DNA from: Macrostomum lignano
Lineage: Eukaryota
Direction of reading: 5' to 3'
NCBI GenBank assembly: GCA_002269645.1
Contig: NIVC01000267.1
Location: 317,902 to 381,901 of the forward strand
Length of the DNA stretch: 64,000 nucleotides
Shown here: one piece after another, positions 49,860 through 61,785 of the stretch
Position numbering within the stretch: the first letter of the stretch is position 1
Layout: each line of letters starts with the position of its first letter
Translations under genes and position numbers: made by a program
Notes under the pieces: generated by a model
What the model saw: only the letters and a program-made list of their open reading frames with translations
Database searches by the model: none
Told to the model about the DNA's origin: nothing

Positions 49860-50850
49860 GATTTTTACGTTACGCTTCTTTTATTCTTCCATGATGCTTC
49901 TTAATTTTTTAAATGACACACTTTCATTAGTTTTTATATGAGGCTTCTATAATTTTTTCATGACGCTTCTATGCTTGTGTACATGACGCTTGTATGATTT
50001 TTACATGACGCTTCTATGATTGTTTACATGACGCTTGTATGATTGTTTACATGACGCTTCTATGATTTTTACATGACGCTTTTATGATTTTTACATGACG
50101 CTTCTATGATTTTTTACATGACGCTTCTATGATTTTTACATGACGCTTTTATGATTTTTACATGACGCTTCTATGATTTTTACATGACGCTTCTATGATT
50201 TTTACATGACGCTTCTATGATTGTTTACATGACGCTTCTATGATTGTATACATGACGCTTCTATGATTGTTTACATGACGCTTCTATGATTGTATACATG
50301 ACGCTTCTATGATTGTTTACATGACGCTTTTATGATTGTTTACATGACGCTTCTATGATTTTTACATGACGCTTCTATGATTTTTACATGACGCTTCTAT
50401 GATTGTTTACATGACGCTTCTATGATTTTAACATGACGCTTCTATGATTTTTTTACATGACGCTTCTATGATTGTTTACATGACGCTTGTATGATTGTTT
50501 ACATGACGCTTGTATGATTTTAACATGACGCTTCTATGATTGTTTACATTACGCTTCTATGATTGCTTGCATGACGCTTCTATGATTTTTTATGACGCTT
50601 TTATGATTTTAACATGACGCTTCTATGATTTTTTTACATGACGCTTCTATGATTGTTTACATGACGCTTGTATGATTGTTTACATGACGCTTTTATGATT
50701 TTAACATGACGCTTCTATGATTGTTTACATTACGCTTCTATGATTTTTACATGACGCTTCTATGATTTTTACATGACGCTTCTATGATTGTTTACATGAC
50801 GCTTCTATGATTGTTTACATGACGCTTGTATGATTGTTTACATGACGCTT
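49860..50850. repeat. 22-bp satellite (CATGACGCTTCTATGATTTTTA), ~42 copies
   Basis: Direct tandem units, followed by a degenerate tRNA-like segment at ~50900-50965. Confidence 0.95.
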
Positions 50851-50999
50851 CCATAATTTTTTTTGTCTTGGCGTTAAAAGGCTTTAATTAAAAAAACTCT
50901 ACTCTCTAAAAATTCGAACCATCGTCCCTGCATTTAGCAGTTTAGTCTGTTTACCTCTAGGCTAGCTCTCATGAATTTTAGTCATTACCCCTAAATAGA

Positions 51000-53275
51000 A
51001 AATATTCCCAAGACAGCAAGCATCCCCCAGTAGCAAGCATCCCCTAATACTCCTAGCAAGCATCCACCCAGATAGCAAGCATCTGCAGATAGCAAGCATC
51101 TTGCAGATAGCAAGCATCTTGCAGATAGCAAGCATACCCCAAATAATGTAGAAGCATCCTTCCAGATAGCAAGCATCCTGCACATAGCAAGAATCCCTAA
51201 ATAGCAAGCATCCCTGGATAGAAATAATCCTATACATGTAGCCAAGCTTATCAAGCGCAGTAATCCTTGGCTATCGAGTGCAGTAATCCTTGGTTTATTA
51301 ATAGCAATAATCCATGGCTTATCGAGTGCAGTAATCCTTGGTTTATTAATAGCAATAATCCTTGGCTTATCGAGTGCAGTAATTCATGGTTTATTAATAG
51401 CAATAATCCTTGGCTTATCGAGTGCAGTAATCCTTGGTTTATTAATAGCAATAATCCATGCCTTATCGAGTGCAGTAATCCTTGGTTTGCCAAGAGCAAT
51501 AGTCCTTGGCTTATCGAGTGCAGTAATCCTTGGTTTGCCAAGTGCATAATCCTTGGTTTATTAATAGCAATAATCCTTGGTTTATCGAGTGCAGTAATCC
51601 TTGGTTTATTAATAGCAATAATCCTTGGCTTATCGAGTGCAGTAATCCTTGGTTTATTAATAGCAATAATCCATGGCTTATCGAGTGCAGTAATCCTTGG
51701 TTTGCCAAGAGCAATAGTCCTTGGCTTATCGAGTGCAGTAATCCTTGGTTTGCCAAGAGCAATAGTCCTTGGTTTATTGAGTGCAGTAATCCTTGGTTTA
51801 TTAATAGCAATAATCCTTGGCTTATCGAGTGCAGTAATCCTTGGTTTGCCAAGTGCATAATCCTTGGTTTATTAATAGCAATAATCCTTGGCTTATCGAG
51901 TGCAGTAATCCTTGGTTTATTAACAGCAATAATCCTTGGTTTATCGAGTGCATTAATCCTTGGTTTATTAATAGCAATAATCCTTGGCTTATCGAGTGCA
52001 GTAATCCTTGGTTTATTAATAGCAATAATCCTTGGCTTATCGAGTGCAGTAATCCTTGGTTTGCCAAGAGCAATAGTCCTTGGTTTTTTGAGTGCAGTAA
52101 TCCTTGGTTTATTAATAGCAATAGTCCTTGGTTTATTGAGTGCAGTAATGCTTGGTTTATTAATAGCAATAATCCTTGGCTTATCGATTGCAGTAATCCT
52201 TGGTTTGCCAAGTGCATAATCCTTGGTTTATTAATAGCAATAATCCTTGGTTTATCGAGTGCAGTAATCCTTAGTTTATTAATAGCAATAATCCTTGGCT
52301 TATCGAGTGCAGTAATCCTTGGTTTATTAATAGCAATAATCCATGGCTTATCGAGTGCAGTAATCCTTGGTTTATTAATAGCAATAATCCTTGGCTTATC
52401 GAGTGCAGTAATTCATGGTTTATTAATAGCAATAATCCTTGGCTTATCGAGTGCAGTAATCCTTGGTTTATTAATAGCAATAATCCATGGCTTATCGAGT
52501 GCAGTAATCCTTGGTTTGCCAAGAGCAATAATCCTTGGCTTATCGAGTGCAGTATTCCTTGGTTTGCCAAGAGCAATAATCCTTAGCTTATCGAGTGCAG
52601 TAATCTAAGTGTTTTTATTTAGTCCTTTAATAAAAGCTTTTAATAAAAAATTTTACACTACTACTTTTAAACTACTTAGATTCGAACCCAGGTCGCTGCA
52701 TTAGCAGTCTGGTCTGCTCAGCTCTAGGCTAGCTCTCATCGAAGTTATCAGTGAATTTGTACCACTTATATAATTCAATGATCACACCAAGTCAGGTAGA
52801 GTAAAAAGTCACGCGAAGCAGTTATGACATAATCAATTTCTTAGGCAAGTCAGTACCAGTGTCTATGAAAGTTAACAATATGGTTACGTAATATAAATTC
52901 AGTACTGCACTATACTTTCACCCTCAAAGCTGTGACGCAATTCAATTGAGTGTCAAATTCAGCCAGTACACAGACGATAAATAAAGTGTATTGTGATGCA
53001 ATCTATTTCAGAATCAGAATTCAACCAGTCAGATTTTTCTCTAGCATTCTTACAATGCATTTCAGGTCGAAAGAGCTGCTTGACCTTTGCAAAAAATCAT
53101 GTTTTTCGAATATTTAATCCCTTTAACATTGAGCAATTTCTTAGCCAATATGCATGTACCGTCCCGGGAAAATTTCTGATCGAATGGTGCAAGTTTGAAG
53201 AAAATCGGTTGAGCCGTTCGGGAGAAAATCAATTACAAGCAAGCAACCAAGCATTTCATTTTTAGTATATTAGAC
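51000..53275 (+). mobile_element. Composite satellite-bearing Helitron/DINE-like element, copy B
   Basis: Same head as copy A (TCCCAAGACAGCAAGCATCCC plus CAGATAGCAAGCA units), then a different 24/48-bp satellite, the tRNA-like segment (52675-52735), the shared core and the TTTTAGTATAT end. Confidence 0.62.
51250..52605. repeat. 48-bp satellite made of two related 24-bp halves (GCAGTAATCCTTGGTTTATTAATA / GCAATAATCCTTGGCTTATCGAGT)
   Basis: Direct tandem units with dimeric organisation. Confidence 0.96.
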
Positions 53276-55304
53276 TTAGAGATTTAGTATATTTAGAAGT
53301 GGAGCCCGAGAAACTTATGTACACAAATGATATGTCATTCTGCTCACAGTGCCACCAGAAAGCTGGGCTTGGCGAAAAAGTGACAAAAAATAGACTTGTA
53401 AATAAGTTAGGGACTTTTTTGTCAACTGAAGCTCATAAAGAAGAGTCCCGGGCGGCTTCACTTTAAAGGGCTTAAGTTGACAAGCCCTTTGTTTTTAGAA
53501 CCTGATCCTAACTCTTACCTAACTAGAGATACTCGTAAAACTTGACTGTGGGTAGAGACTATCCTCAATTATATTGGATTTCACTCTCTTCAAAGAGCGT
53601 TGATGGACAAGAAACAAGATAAAGGGTTGTTAACAACACACTATAACAGACTCGATATTCAAGTAAATTCAATTGATCGCTATCGGTATAGTGACATTCG
53701 AGAGCATTATCTTTGAGCAGATGAGCATAGTTTTGAAGGCACGCCATGGGCTCCACATACACACACTGATGGATTTTTTTTCGATTTATTCCCATATAGA
53801 GAGGCTGCACAAGGCAGCTTCATCCGCTAGCCTAATTGATATTCCCAGCCTTCCTGTCCCAGTAACTACTGCAAATCCCACACTATATAGCTGCGACTCT
53901 CGCCGAGTTCGATGGGAGAAACTAGGGAGACCCCCTCCCTCCTACAAGCAGCGTTTCGAACTGTGCGGCAAAATCGATCTAGTGAGCAAATGAACCGTGA
54001 CGAGATCTGGGAGGTGCAGCGGTGCGCGCGGGACCTTCTTATTCTACTTAAAGAGAGAAAAGTCAGAGAAGACATAAAGGCCCGTAACAATCATAGAAAA
54101 TGAGTCAAAGTTTACAGAAAATATAGTAGGACCTAGCTAAATGATGAAATTGCTGCTCCCAGAAGTCTGCTGCGCCACAGGACTTTTTACCGTAGACAAA
54201 CTTTTTTGCTTGATTTTTGCGCTCTATGAATACATTGAACGCTTGCAGTGCCAACAGATTGCCAACAAAACTATTTAATCCACACGTTTTACTACGTGTT
54301 ATATATATATTATTTACAGCCAGTCCCTGATGCTAAATTACAGAGTACCGCAGCGTGTGTATGAGTGCGAAATGGGCAGAATTGCCCCAGCGCTGGTTGA
54401 GATGATGTCGCCGAAGCCCTCCCGTAAATACACTTTACGTGTTTACCGTAAGTGAACACGGTAACTTACCGTTAACTTACGCTGTACACCGTAAATACAA
54501 TATTTATCTATTAAGTAGAAATTTTAATTTCTTTAGACCTAACAGTGGATGCAGGGGCTTGTAGATGGTTGGAAAAAAACTTATACTATATATCATTCCT
54601 GTGATTAAGGGCGATGGTACAGCAATGACAATATACCTATGCTGATTTTCCATTACCCTTTAAGACATGGGACAGAATTAATTGCATATAGGCAACCAAG
54701 AAAATTTTTAGGATTTTTTTCCACCAGAGAAGCAATAAAAAAGCATAAGCCTCCATCTGTAGCCACTTCGGACTAAACTGGGAACATAAAGCGTCAAGTA
54801 AGATAGAAATTTATGACGGGTAAAAAGCTGCGCGAAGATATTTTGCTTCGCCTTAGGAGGTCATAATAATCCTGCTGAAGACCTATCCAATGCTGTCATG
54901 ACCCCTACCGCGAAGAAATAATAAAAAAGTATTCATCGTTTCTGCATCAGCATTGCAATATTCAACTTTTTTAAACCGAATTCCCACTGATCGCTACAAA
55001 CGGGGAAGAATGGGTTGTTTGATAAAACCCCCAGGTGTGCAAGAGCAGGCATTGTCGAAACTCTCCCATTCGCTCTTAGGAAAAATTTTTCTGAATAAAT
55101 TTTGCATAAATTCCCTCATAACAATCTAATAACCTAATAATCCTGCCTATATACTAAAAAATGGTTTGTCGGTAGCTATACAATGGAATAAAAAAACGGA
55201 TAAAACGATTTTCATCATGATTTCATGTCATTTTCATGTAATTTTATCTTATTTTTAAAGAGATTCCTGTGTTTTTTGTCGGATTGCGCTTGGGGAAGTT
55301 GACC

Positions 55305-55990
55305 CCGCTAATATTGTGCTTGGGGAGGACATGCCCCCTAATAGTTTTGCTACGGGAGGCGACGTACCCCTTAATATTGTTGCTTGGGAGGACATGACCC
55401 CGCTAAGATTGTGCTTGGGAGGACATGACTCCGCTAAGATTGTGCTTGGGGAGGACATGACTCCACTAATATTGTGCTTGGGAGGACATGACTCCGCTAA
55501 TATTGTTCTTGGGAGGACATGACCCCGCTAAGATTGTGCTTGGGAGGACATGACCCCGCTAAGATTGTGCTTGGGAGGACATGACTCCGCTAAGATTGTG
55601 CTTGGGGAGGACATGACTCCGCTAATATTGTGCTTGGGGAGGACATGACTCCGCTAATATTGTGCTTGGGGAGGACATGACTCCGCTAATATTGTGCTTG
55701 GGGAGGACATGACTCCGCTAATATTGTGCTTGGGGAGGACATGACTCCGCTAATATTGTGCTTGGGAGGACATGACTCCGCTAATATTGTGCTTGGGAGG
55801 ACATGACTCCGCTAATATTGTGCTTGGGGAGGACATGACTCCGCTAAGATTGTGCTTTGGGATGACATGACCCCGCTAATATTGTGCTAGGGATGACATG
55901 ACCCCGCTAATATTGTGCTTGGGGAGGACATGACCCCGCTAATATTGTGCTTGGGATGACATGACCCCGCTAATATTGTGCTTGGGAGGA
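55305..55990. repeat. 31-32-bp minisatellite (GCTAATATTGTGCTTGGGGAGGACATGACTCC), ~21 copies
   Basis: Direct tandem units. Confidence 0.95.
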
Positions 55991-56924
55991 CTTGATCTCA
56001 ATAATACTGTGCCCTAATCCTTAATCTGAAAGGTCAAGACTCCATTAATCCAACGGAGCATCGGTTCTGCCTAATAATTGCATCGCTGCAGAGTTTGAGT
56101 GCAATCTCATTAACCGCGCACACGTGGCCCTAAGGGTCAAATGCTGAGCAAACTGAGTAGAGAAGAGAGGGGAATAGGGAAGGAGAGAGAGGGGGGAATG
56201 AGGATTTGCTTTCATAGCCACGAGAGGAATTTTTTCCCTTCGGGGTCGGGTCGGGGCCCTACTGGGTTACATAATATGCAATAGAAAGGTATGAAAGAGG
56301 CATTTGGCCCGTCTCGTGGTATAAAGAAGACTGAAAGCGGAATTTTAAAAGCAGAGTGCAGCACAAGCACAGAGCGGAGGAAGCAGCCTAGCTAGTGGAT
56401 TTCACCCGCTGATTGACACCTGAGAATTCATTAAAACCCCCTCCCCCAACCCATTCACCCATTTCTTCTGCTTCTGCTTGCGGCTTCCTGGCCGAAACAG
56501 CAGCAATCTTTACTACACTTTGCTGGGCATATAAAATCAGAGAGAAACGAAAGGCTTTGAAATGTATACACTGGTATGGCGAAATATGTATTTAGCAATA
56601 ACCGTAGGAAACTATTGCATGAGAATAAGCAAAGGGGCATAACGGTGCCAACAAACACAGAACGATACATTTCTTATGCTTTTATAAAACATGGAACCGA
56701 AAGCGCTGCGGGTGCTTCAACAACAAAATCATTGCAGTGAAAAAGCAGACTTGTTGCAGAAATCTCTAATATTACATGTATATAACTATCTAGTTGCCGT
56801 GAAAAATGACTGAATTTTGTGTCACCAATTAGCATTGTGAATCCAAGGAGAAGTACAGGCACTAGATTGATTAATAGAGAGATACACGTGGCTACGTACT
56901 ACTGTGTCTAACTGCGTTACAACC

Positions 56925-57665
56925 GGGTTTCATATCTGGATCAAGCTGGGTCACACCAGAGTTTCATATCTGGGTCAAACTGGGTCACACCAGGCTTCAT
57001 ATCTGAGTCAAACTGGGTCACACCAGGGTTTCATATCTTAGTCAAGCTGGGTCACACCAGGGTTTCATATCTAAGTCAAGCTGGGTCACACCAGGCTTCA
57101 TATCTGAGTCAAGCTGGGTCAAACCAGGCTTCATATCTGGGTCAAACTGGGTCACACCAGGGTTTCATATCTTAGTCAAGCTGGGTCACACCAGGGTTTC
57201 ATATCTTAGTCAAGCTGGGTCACACCAGGCTTCATATCTGAGTCAAGCTGGGTCACACCAGGCTTCATATCTGGGTCAAACTGGGTCACACCAGGGTTTC
57301 ATATCTTAGTCAAGCTGGGTCACACCAGGGTTTCATATCTTAGTCAAGCTGGGTCACACCAGAGTTTCATATCTGGGTCAAACTGGGTCACGCCAAAATT
57401 TCATATCTGGGTCAAGCCGGGTCATACTAGGGTTTCATATCTGGGTCAAGCTGGGTCACACCAGAGTTTCATATCTGGGTCAAACTGGGTCACACCAGAG
57501 TTTCATATCTGGGTCAAACTGGGTCACACCAGAGTTTCATATCTGGGTCAAACTGGGTCACACCAGAGTTTCATATCTGGGTCAAACTGGGTCACGCCAA
57601 AATTTCATATCTGGGTCAAGCCGGGTCATACTAGGGTTTCATATCTGGGTCAAGCTGGGTCACAC
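56925..57665. repeat. 33-34-bp minisatellite (GGGTCACACCAGGGTTTCATATCTGAGTCAAGCT), ~22 copies, just downstream of the LDLa gene stop
   Basis: Direct tandem units. Confidence 0.95.
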
Positions 57666-57706
57666 CTAATTTTTCAACGTGGGTCAACAATAAGTCACGG
57701 CGAAGG

Positions 57707-59318
57707 TCACTCCAAGGTGAGCAGAGCTGATTGCAGTGAGCTGCACAACGCCGCCAGAGCGAGCAGCAGGCAGGCGGGGCAGCCACTCAACACAGCTGAC
57801 CGGTTTGGTCGCCAAATGCCGTCGCTAAACAAACCCGAAGCTTCGCCGTTGTCATAGCGACAATCGGCTTCATCTGACGAGATTAATGAAGTAGAATTGC
57901 TTCTCCGAGTGCCGCTGCTATTGCTGCCTCTGTTGCTGTTAAAGCAGTCGTCCAGTCCGTTGCAGCGGTGCGTGCTGTACACGCATTCCAGACTGCTGCC
58001 GCCGCCGCACCAGAAGCCACCGCGACTCTCGCAGAGGAAGGCCCGCTCAGCGGCGGTGGACACGTCGGCTCTGAACTCTGCGTAGACGTGAACGGAGATT
58101 CGGGTCACGAAAGGCGAGGACGCTGGAGACGGTGGCGACGGCGAGAGGGCCACGGAGGCTCCGTCGCTGCCTTTGCCGGGACGGTCCGGCGCAGTGCGGT
58201 GCCAGGTGAGGCTGGTGAATCTGCAGAGGCAGGGGGAGGCGCGATGGAGGGTAGAATACAGAAAGACAATGCAGAAAGTATTTCAAGGTGACAGTTTGTT
58301 GGAGCTACTGAGTTTGACAAAGGATTTGTGTGAATGCTAATTAGGATTTATGTGAATGCTAAGCAGGATTTGTGTGAATGCTAAGCAGGATTTGTGTGAA
58401 TGCTAAGCAGGATTTGCGTGAATGCCAAGTAGGATTTGCGTGAATACCAAGTAGGATTTGCGTGAATTCCAAGCAGGATTTGTGTGAATGCCAAGTAGGA
58501 TTTGCGTGAATGCCAAGCAGGATTTGCGTGAATGCTAAGTAGGATTTGCGTGAATGCAAGCAGGATTTGCGTGAATGCCAAGCAGGATTTGTGTGAATTC
58601 TAAGTAGGATTTGCGTGAATGCCAAGCAGGATTTGCGTGAATGCCAAGCAGGATTTGTGTGAATGCCAAGCAGGATTTGCGTGAATGCCAAGCAGGATTT
58701 GCGTGAATGCCAAGCAGGATTTGTGTGAATGCCAAGCAGGATTTGTGTGAATGCCAAGTAGGATTTGCGTGAATGCACGCAGGGTTTGCGTGAATGCCAA
58801 GTAGGATTTGTGTGAATGCTAAGTAGGATTTGTGTGAAGGCCAAAACTTGCTTCAAAACTAGGATCAGGTATTGCCAGAACCAGCCTCACCTGTATCGCG
58901 GCCGGTACACAACCGGGTAGGCGTGCGATCGGCAGGTGAACTCTGCCAGCCGGTCGGGCGGGCTGCCAACTAGCGACTGTCCGAGCAGCGGGCTGGCCGA
59001 GGCCGAGGCCAGGACGAACCGGTGGCCGCAGGGCACGCCGGACAGGCGGAAGGCGAGTCGCCAAGCCAGGCGCCCGACGTCATCGCGCTGACAGCCGAGA
59101 GCCGCCCAGCTGTTGTTGCACAACAGGAAGGCGTCAAGCAGAGTCTCGTCCGGATTGGCGTCCGCTCCTAGGAGCAGACTCTGGTCCAAGCAGCGAAGCC
59201 GGCTGGCAGCGCCGCGGCAGCGGGGATGGCCGGCCGGGAGCAGGTAGAAATTCACCACCGCGGCAGACAATAGAAGCGGCAGTAGAAGCAATAAAAGCAG
59301 CAACAGACAGGGCGGCAT
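57707..59318 (-). CDS. Secreted, probably GPI-anchored protein with one LDL-receptor class A-like module, 313 aa; exons 59318-58891 and 58220-57707
   Basis: Leucine-rich signal peptide (MPPCLLLLLLLLLPLLLSA). Phase-2 intron AG|GTGAGG ... CTGCAG|A keeps the frame. CESRGGFWC...CVYSTHRCNGLDDC...SDEADC fits the LDLa cysteine and SDE pattern. Hydrophobic C-terminus without a cytoplasmic tail. Confidence 0.8.
58318..58835. repeat. 22-bp minisatellite (AAGCAGGATTTGCGTGAATGCC), ~24 copies, in the LDLa gene intron
   Basis: Direct tandem units. Confidence 0.96.
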
Positions 59319-60554
59319 TCCGACGCTTCTGTTGACTTTGCTTAGTTATAAGCTGTCGGCATTGCTCAGTGCTCTGCTCACACTAAGCATATTGTATATA
59401 TATGTCTCTGCAGGCATACAGTAAGCCAGGCTAACAACTATCTCGAATGTAGTGTTCCGTGTTTTTTGGCAGACGGAGCTTTTCACGCTGCTAAATAACA
59501 GGCTTGGGGAGGGGGGCATTAGATTTGATGGCCACACAATGCCGAGTGATTTATACCCTACACCCAACATAAGCGAATGGGCCACTGCCTCTGCCCGGCC
59601 AATAGGGAGGCTGGTAGCCAGCCCCGGCTAACGGAATCCCAACTCCGCCTCTTCCTGTGTACTCGTAGAAGCGAAAATGGGAGGGGAAACTGCCGCAGCC
59701 TTTATTATTGCCGCTGGGAAACGGATGGCCGGGACGAAAACTGATGAAGGGGTCAAAAAGAGGGAGAAGAGAGATGAGGCAGCCTGGCCAGAGGATCTGG
59801 GATCGGGAACAGACAGACATACGGAAAGTGATGGAGAAAATGGAGGCTGAGAGGCCGAGCCACCAATCACTCAGCCGAGGCGATGCGCACACAACAAGCG
59901 CGCAGACACAGCCTGGGCTAGGCCCGGAGGTCTCGGCATCACTCAATGGACAACTGGCACGCGGGCCCTGATAGCAGCAAGGGTATGCAATTGGGGGAAC
60001 TGAAGCGGGAGGGGAGCAGCAGAGCCTTGCGGCCATTCCACTCTGGGGATAGTTGCAGACTGCTAGCTTAGCAGACTGGTTAGTTGGCAAATGGCGACAG
60101 GGCGATGAACGGCGAGATAATAATAATAAACAAACCCGGCCCAAATTTATCAGCCAAGTTTATTCTTCATTATGTAGGCTGAGAGACTTTAGGTCGTGTC
60201 ACAAGAGAGCAAGAAACCGGACACAAGAGCATCACAATTAATGCAATTTACTACTGAAGCAGTCAAGCAGGTGAAGTGGAGTTTGTCCAAACTCAAAATC
60301 ACCAACTCAGAGTTCTGGAGACTTATTGACTATTGATTTTGCATTGAATTGTACTCGACTGACCCGCCCTTTAGACGAATGTACTGCTCATTCCTTATTC
60401 CTTATATCACTGTTTTTTTCGGTTGATTTCTTAAAGTATACGAGCCCTGAATATGTCATAGTGATAATAATAATAATCGCGACAGGAGCGATGTTTAGGA
60501 CAGAGGCAGACAGTTGCGCGCTCATGGCACATGCACCGATCCTCATTGCGGCTT

Positions 60555-60998
60555 GTGGTACTATGGCCTGACTTCTTTGCACGCTTGTGGCAATATGGCC
60601 TGACTTCTTTGCACCGCTTGTGGCAATATGGCCTGACTTCTTTGCACGCTTGTGGCAATATGACCTGATTTCATTGCACGCTTGTGGCAATATGACCTGA
60701 TTTCTTTCCACGCTTGTGGCAATATGGCCTGATTTCATTGCACGCTTGTGGCAATATGGCCTGATTTCATTGCGCTTGTGGCAATATGGCCTGATTTCTT
60801 TCCACGCCCGTGGCAATATGGCCTGATTTCTTTGACGCTTGTGGCAATATGGCCTGATTTCTTTGACGCTTGTGGCAATATGGCCTGATTTCATTGCACG
60901 CTTGTGGCAATATGGCCTGATTCATTGCACGCTTGTGGCACTATGGCCTGATTTCCTTGCGCGCTTGTGGCACTATGGCCTGATTTACTTGCGCGCTT
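60555..60998. repeat. 32-bp minisatellite (GCACGCTTGTGGCAATATGGCCTGATTTCATT), ~14 copies
   Basis: Direct tandem units. Confidence 0.95.
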
Positions 60999-61753
60999 CT
61001 GATTCTCCTTGAACTTAAATGTCTTCTCCTTCATCAAGGCTTATAGACTCAAAGCGGCCCCACCTTATAGATATGTTTTCTGAGTCCAGACCGCCAGAGT
61101 TCTCTAGTTGAAAAAACTTTCCTTTACTGCTAAAGCAGAATAAGAAGACGAGAGAAATATGCAGACAGGAAGGAGTGCAGGAAGGAGCAAGCAATAAAAT
61201 AGGGACTGTAGTCTAGGTCGAAATTCTATCGAATGCCGAGCTGGCTGCCACAGCCAAGGCACGTCAGGAAGTAGGGGGATCGAGATGAAGCAGACGCTAC
61301 GAGTCGTGCCTGGAACTAGCCCAGCAGAGAAACCTGCGGGAATGAAAAAAGCGACAGGAAAGTGAAGGGGAGAGAAAGGGAAGGAGTTCGGAGAGGCTGG
61401 GTAAGAAGAGTTGCAGCATCATCAGTATTAGCCGCAAAAAAACTTCAAGCTCGACTCCTCATCAATTTTAACCGAGACACAGGGACGACACGCCGAGGCA
61501 TTGAGCTCAGGAGCAGAAGCAGCTGGGAGACGGGATTAGAGTCAGTCAGCTTTGGAGATCCCAGCATACTTTGATAATAATAAATGACGCATTGTAAAGC
61601 CGAGGGGATTCCAAGCCAAACAGCCGATTACCTAACAGCCGGACGCAAGCACGGGCTGGCAGAATGGATCAGGATGGAGAGATGCCATCCAGATTATGCA
61701 AGAGAGGCATGAGGGAGACGCGAGTAAGTGGCCAGTGCATGAGATCGTCACGC

Positions 61754-61785
<32 letters not shown>

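Noticed and set aside
53603-54103. 167-codon frame with four stops containing WAPHTHTDGFF (HxD-like)
   Set aside because: Four stops in 167 codons is not clearly below chance and no family is recognisable; BLASTX would be needed.
54540-54880. Possible decayed transposase frame
   Set aside because: Several stops and no diagnostic motif.
3335-60998. CRISPR-like arrays
   Set aside because: Units are head-to-tail with no unique spacers, there are no cas genes, and the context is eukaryotic.
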